Below are positions 62,916 through 64,000 of a stretch of DNA of 64,000 nt, one piece after another. A program made the translations under genes and the position numbers. The notes below the pieces were generated by a model, which saw only the letters and a program-made list of their open reading frames with translations, made no database searches and was not told where the DNA came from. The stretch spans positions 59,569,622 through 59,633,621 of the forward strand of contig NC_057718.1 of the NCBI RefSeq assembly GCF_004010195.1, written 5' to 3'. The stretch is from Chiloscyllium plagiosum. Taxonomy: Eukaryota. Within the stretch, counting starts at the first letter, position 1. The number at the start of each line of letters is the position of its first letter.

Positions 62916-64000
62916 CAGGCAAGAAAGACTGAAGGAACATGTTGTTTGATTCAATTAGCCCATCATGTCGATGTGTGCTTGATAACTGGTATCAATCCAG
63001 CAATGAAATTTCTATAAAATATTGTTCACTCCTTGCAACCATTTGAAGACTATCTTCAAATTAAGTTTGATGTAGTAAGCAAAATGTCTTTTTGGGCTTG
63101 GGCAGCATCATGTTAGTGAAAAATTCCACTCAGGTTAACTCTGCATAGTTATAGTATGAAGCAACAAACTTAACCGGTTGTTCAATAGTTGAGATATTTT
63201 TTCTTTCTAGGATAACATAAAATAGAGCATGGACTCTGCTACTTGACTGCTTTCGTTGTGTCCAGTGTTGAGAGATGGTTTTGTCTGCCGAAGTGTGCTA
63301 AATATGAAGGTACTATTTAATAATTGGGAGAGTGCAAATTTTTCACAGGATATTTAAACAGTAAGAGTGAATAATTTTTGCTCACGTCCTCTGCTGCACA
63401 TCAGGAATGATTACCAAGCCAAAGAGAAGAATAGTTATAACTAAAAAGAATCTGCACAACCCTCATGGAATTGAAATGGCTGCACAATATCCCAAACTTT
63501 CTCAACAGATTTGATGGACCCTTACAGTATAATCTTTGACAGACAGTGAATTGTTCTCATTGATGTGTGACTGTATTTCCATGCATATTTATCATTTATC
63601 TATAAGCTCAAGAATCCAATTTTCAGTACCTTTGGTTTTACCATTCAATGATACATTAACTCAATTATATGTAAAATGTTCATAATCCAAGTAACAAATA
63701 ATAGGACATTGCATGTTGTAAAATTCACTGCTGATGCTTTGAGTAGTCACTTAATTAAAATTAGCTTTAAAAGTAATTTGTCCATAAAATGTTACTGCCA
63801 AATATGCATATATAATTTTACAGTGAAAGTTATTGTGTGTTAATCAATATTGTATATAGTTTTCTGAAAATCAGTCATATAAATGTCAAGGCTGTTTCAT
63901 ACAATAACTTCAAAATCCTATAAAATTTTATTGTTTTTTATTGCCATATAAAAAATGTATTGAAGAAAGCACTGCAGAAAATTAAGGGTACTGCCATACA

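Overview
Repeat-dense, apparently non-coding vertebrate DNA, almost certainly from an elasmobranch (shark), judged by about 11 HE1-type tRNA-derived SINEs and their partner CR1 LINEs. It is probably an intron or gene desert; I recognise no host protein-coding gene, rRNA, tRNA gene or CRISPR array. There are three N gaps (38362-38752, 49363-50038, 55915-55984). Most of the sequence is nested retroelement debris (CR1, a second CR1/L2-group LINE, RTE, Rex1/Babar, Tx1, Penelope, Gypsy) plus DNA-transposon fossils (several spliced PIF/Harbinger Myb/SANT genes, a probable hAT transposase). The most interesting signal is a family of very short (~95-130 bp) Penelope pLTR-derived insertions carrying a minimal hammerhead-ribozyme-like motif (consensus CUGANGA-A-GGGC-NNNN-GCCC-GAAAC-GUC). 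They are bounded by 10-14 bp target-site duplications and occur as monomers or inverted dimers. Also notable: a young Tx1 insertion with a triplicated 3' stem-loop unit, putative Rex1/Babar-tailed non-autonomous elements, a 91-bp inverted repeat around a pLTR, and repeat-free blocks resembling conserved non-coding elements. Family names come from motif recognition by eye, not database searches, and repeat boundaries are approximate unless a TSD is given.
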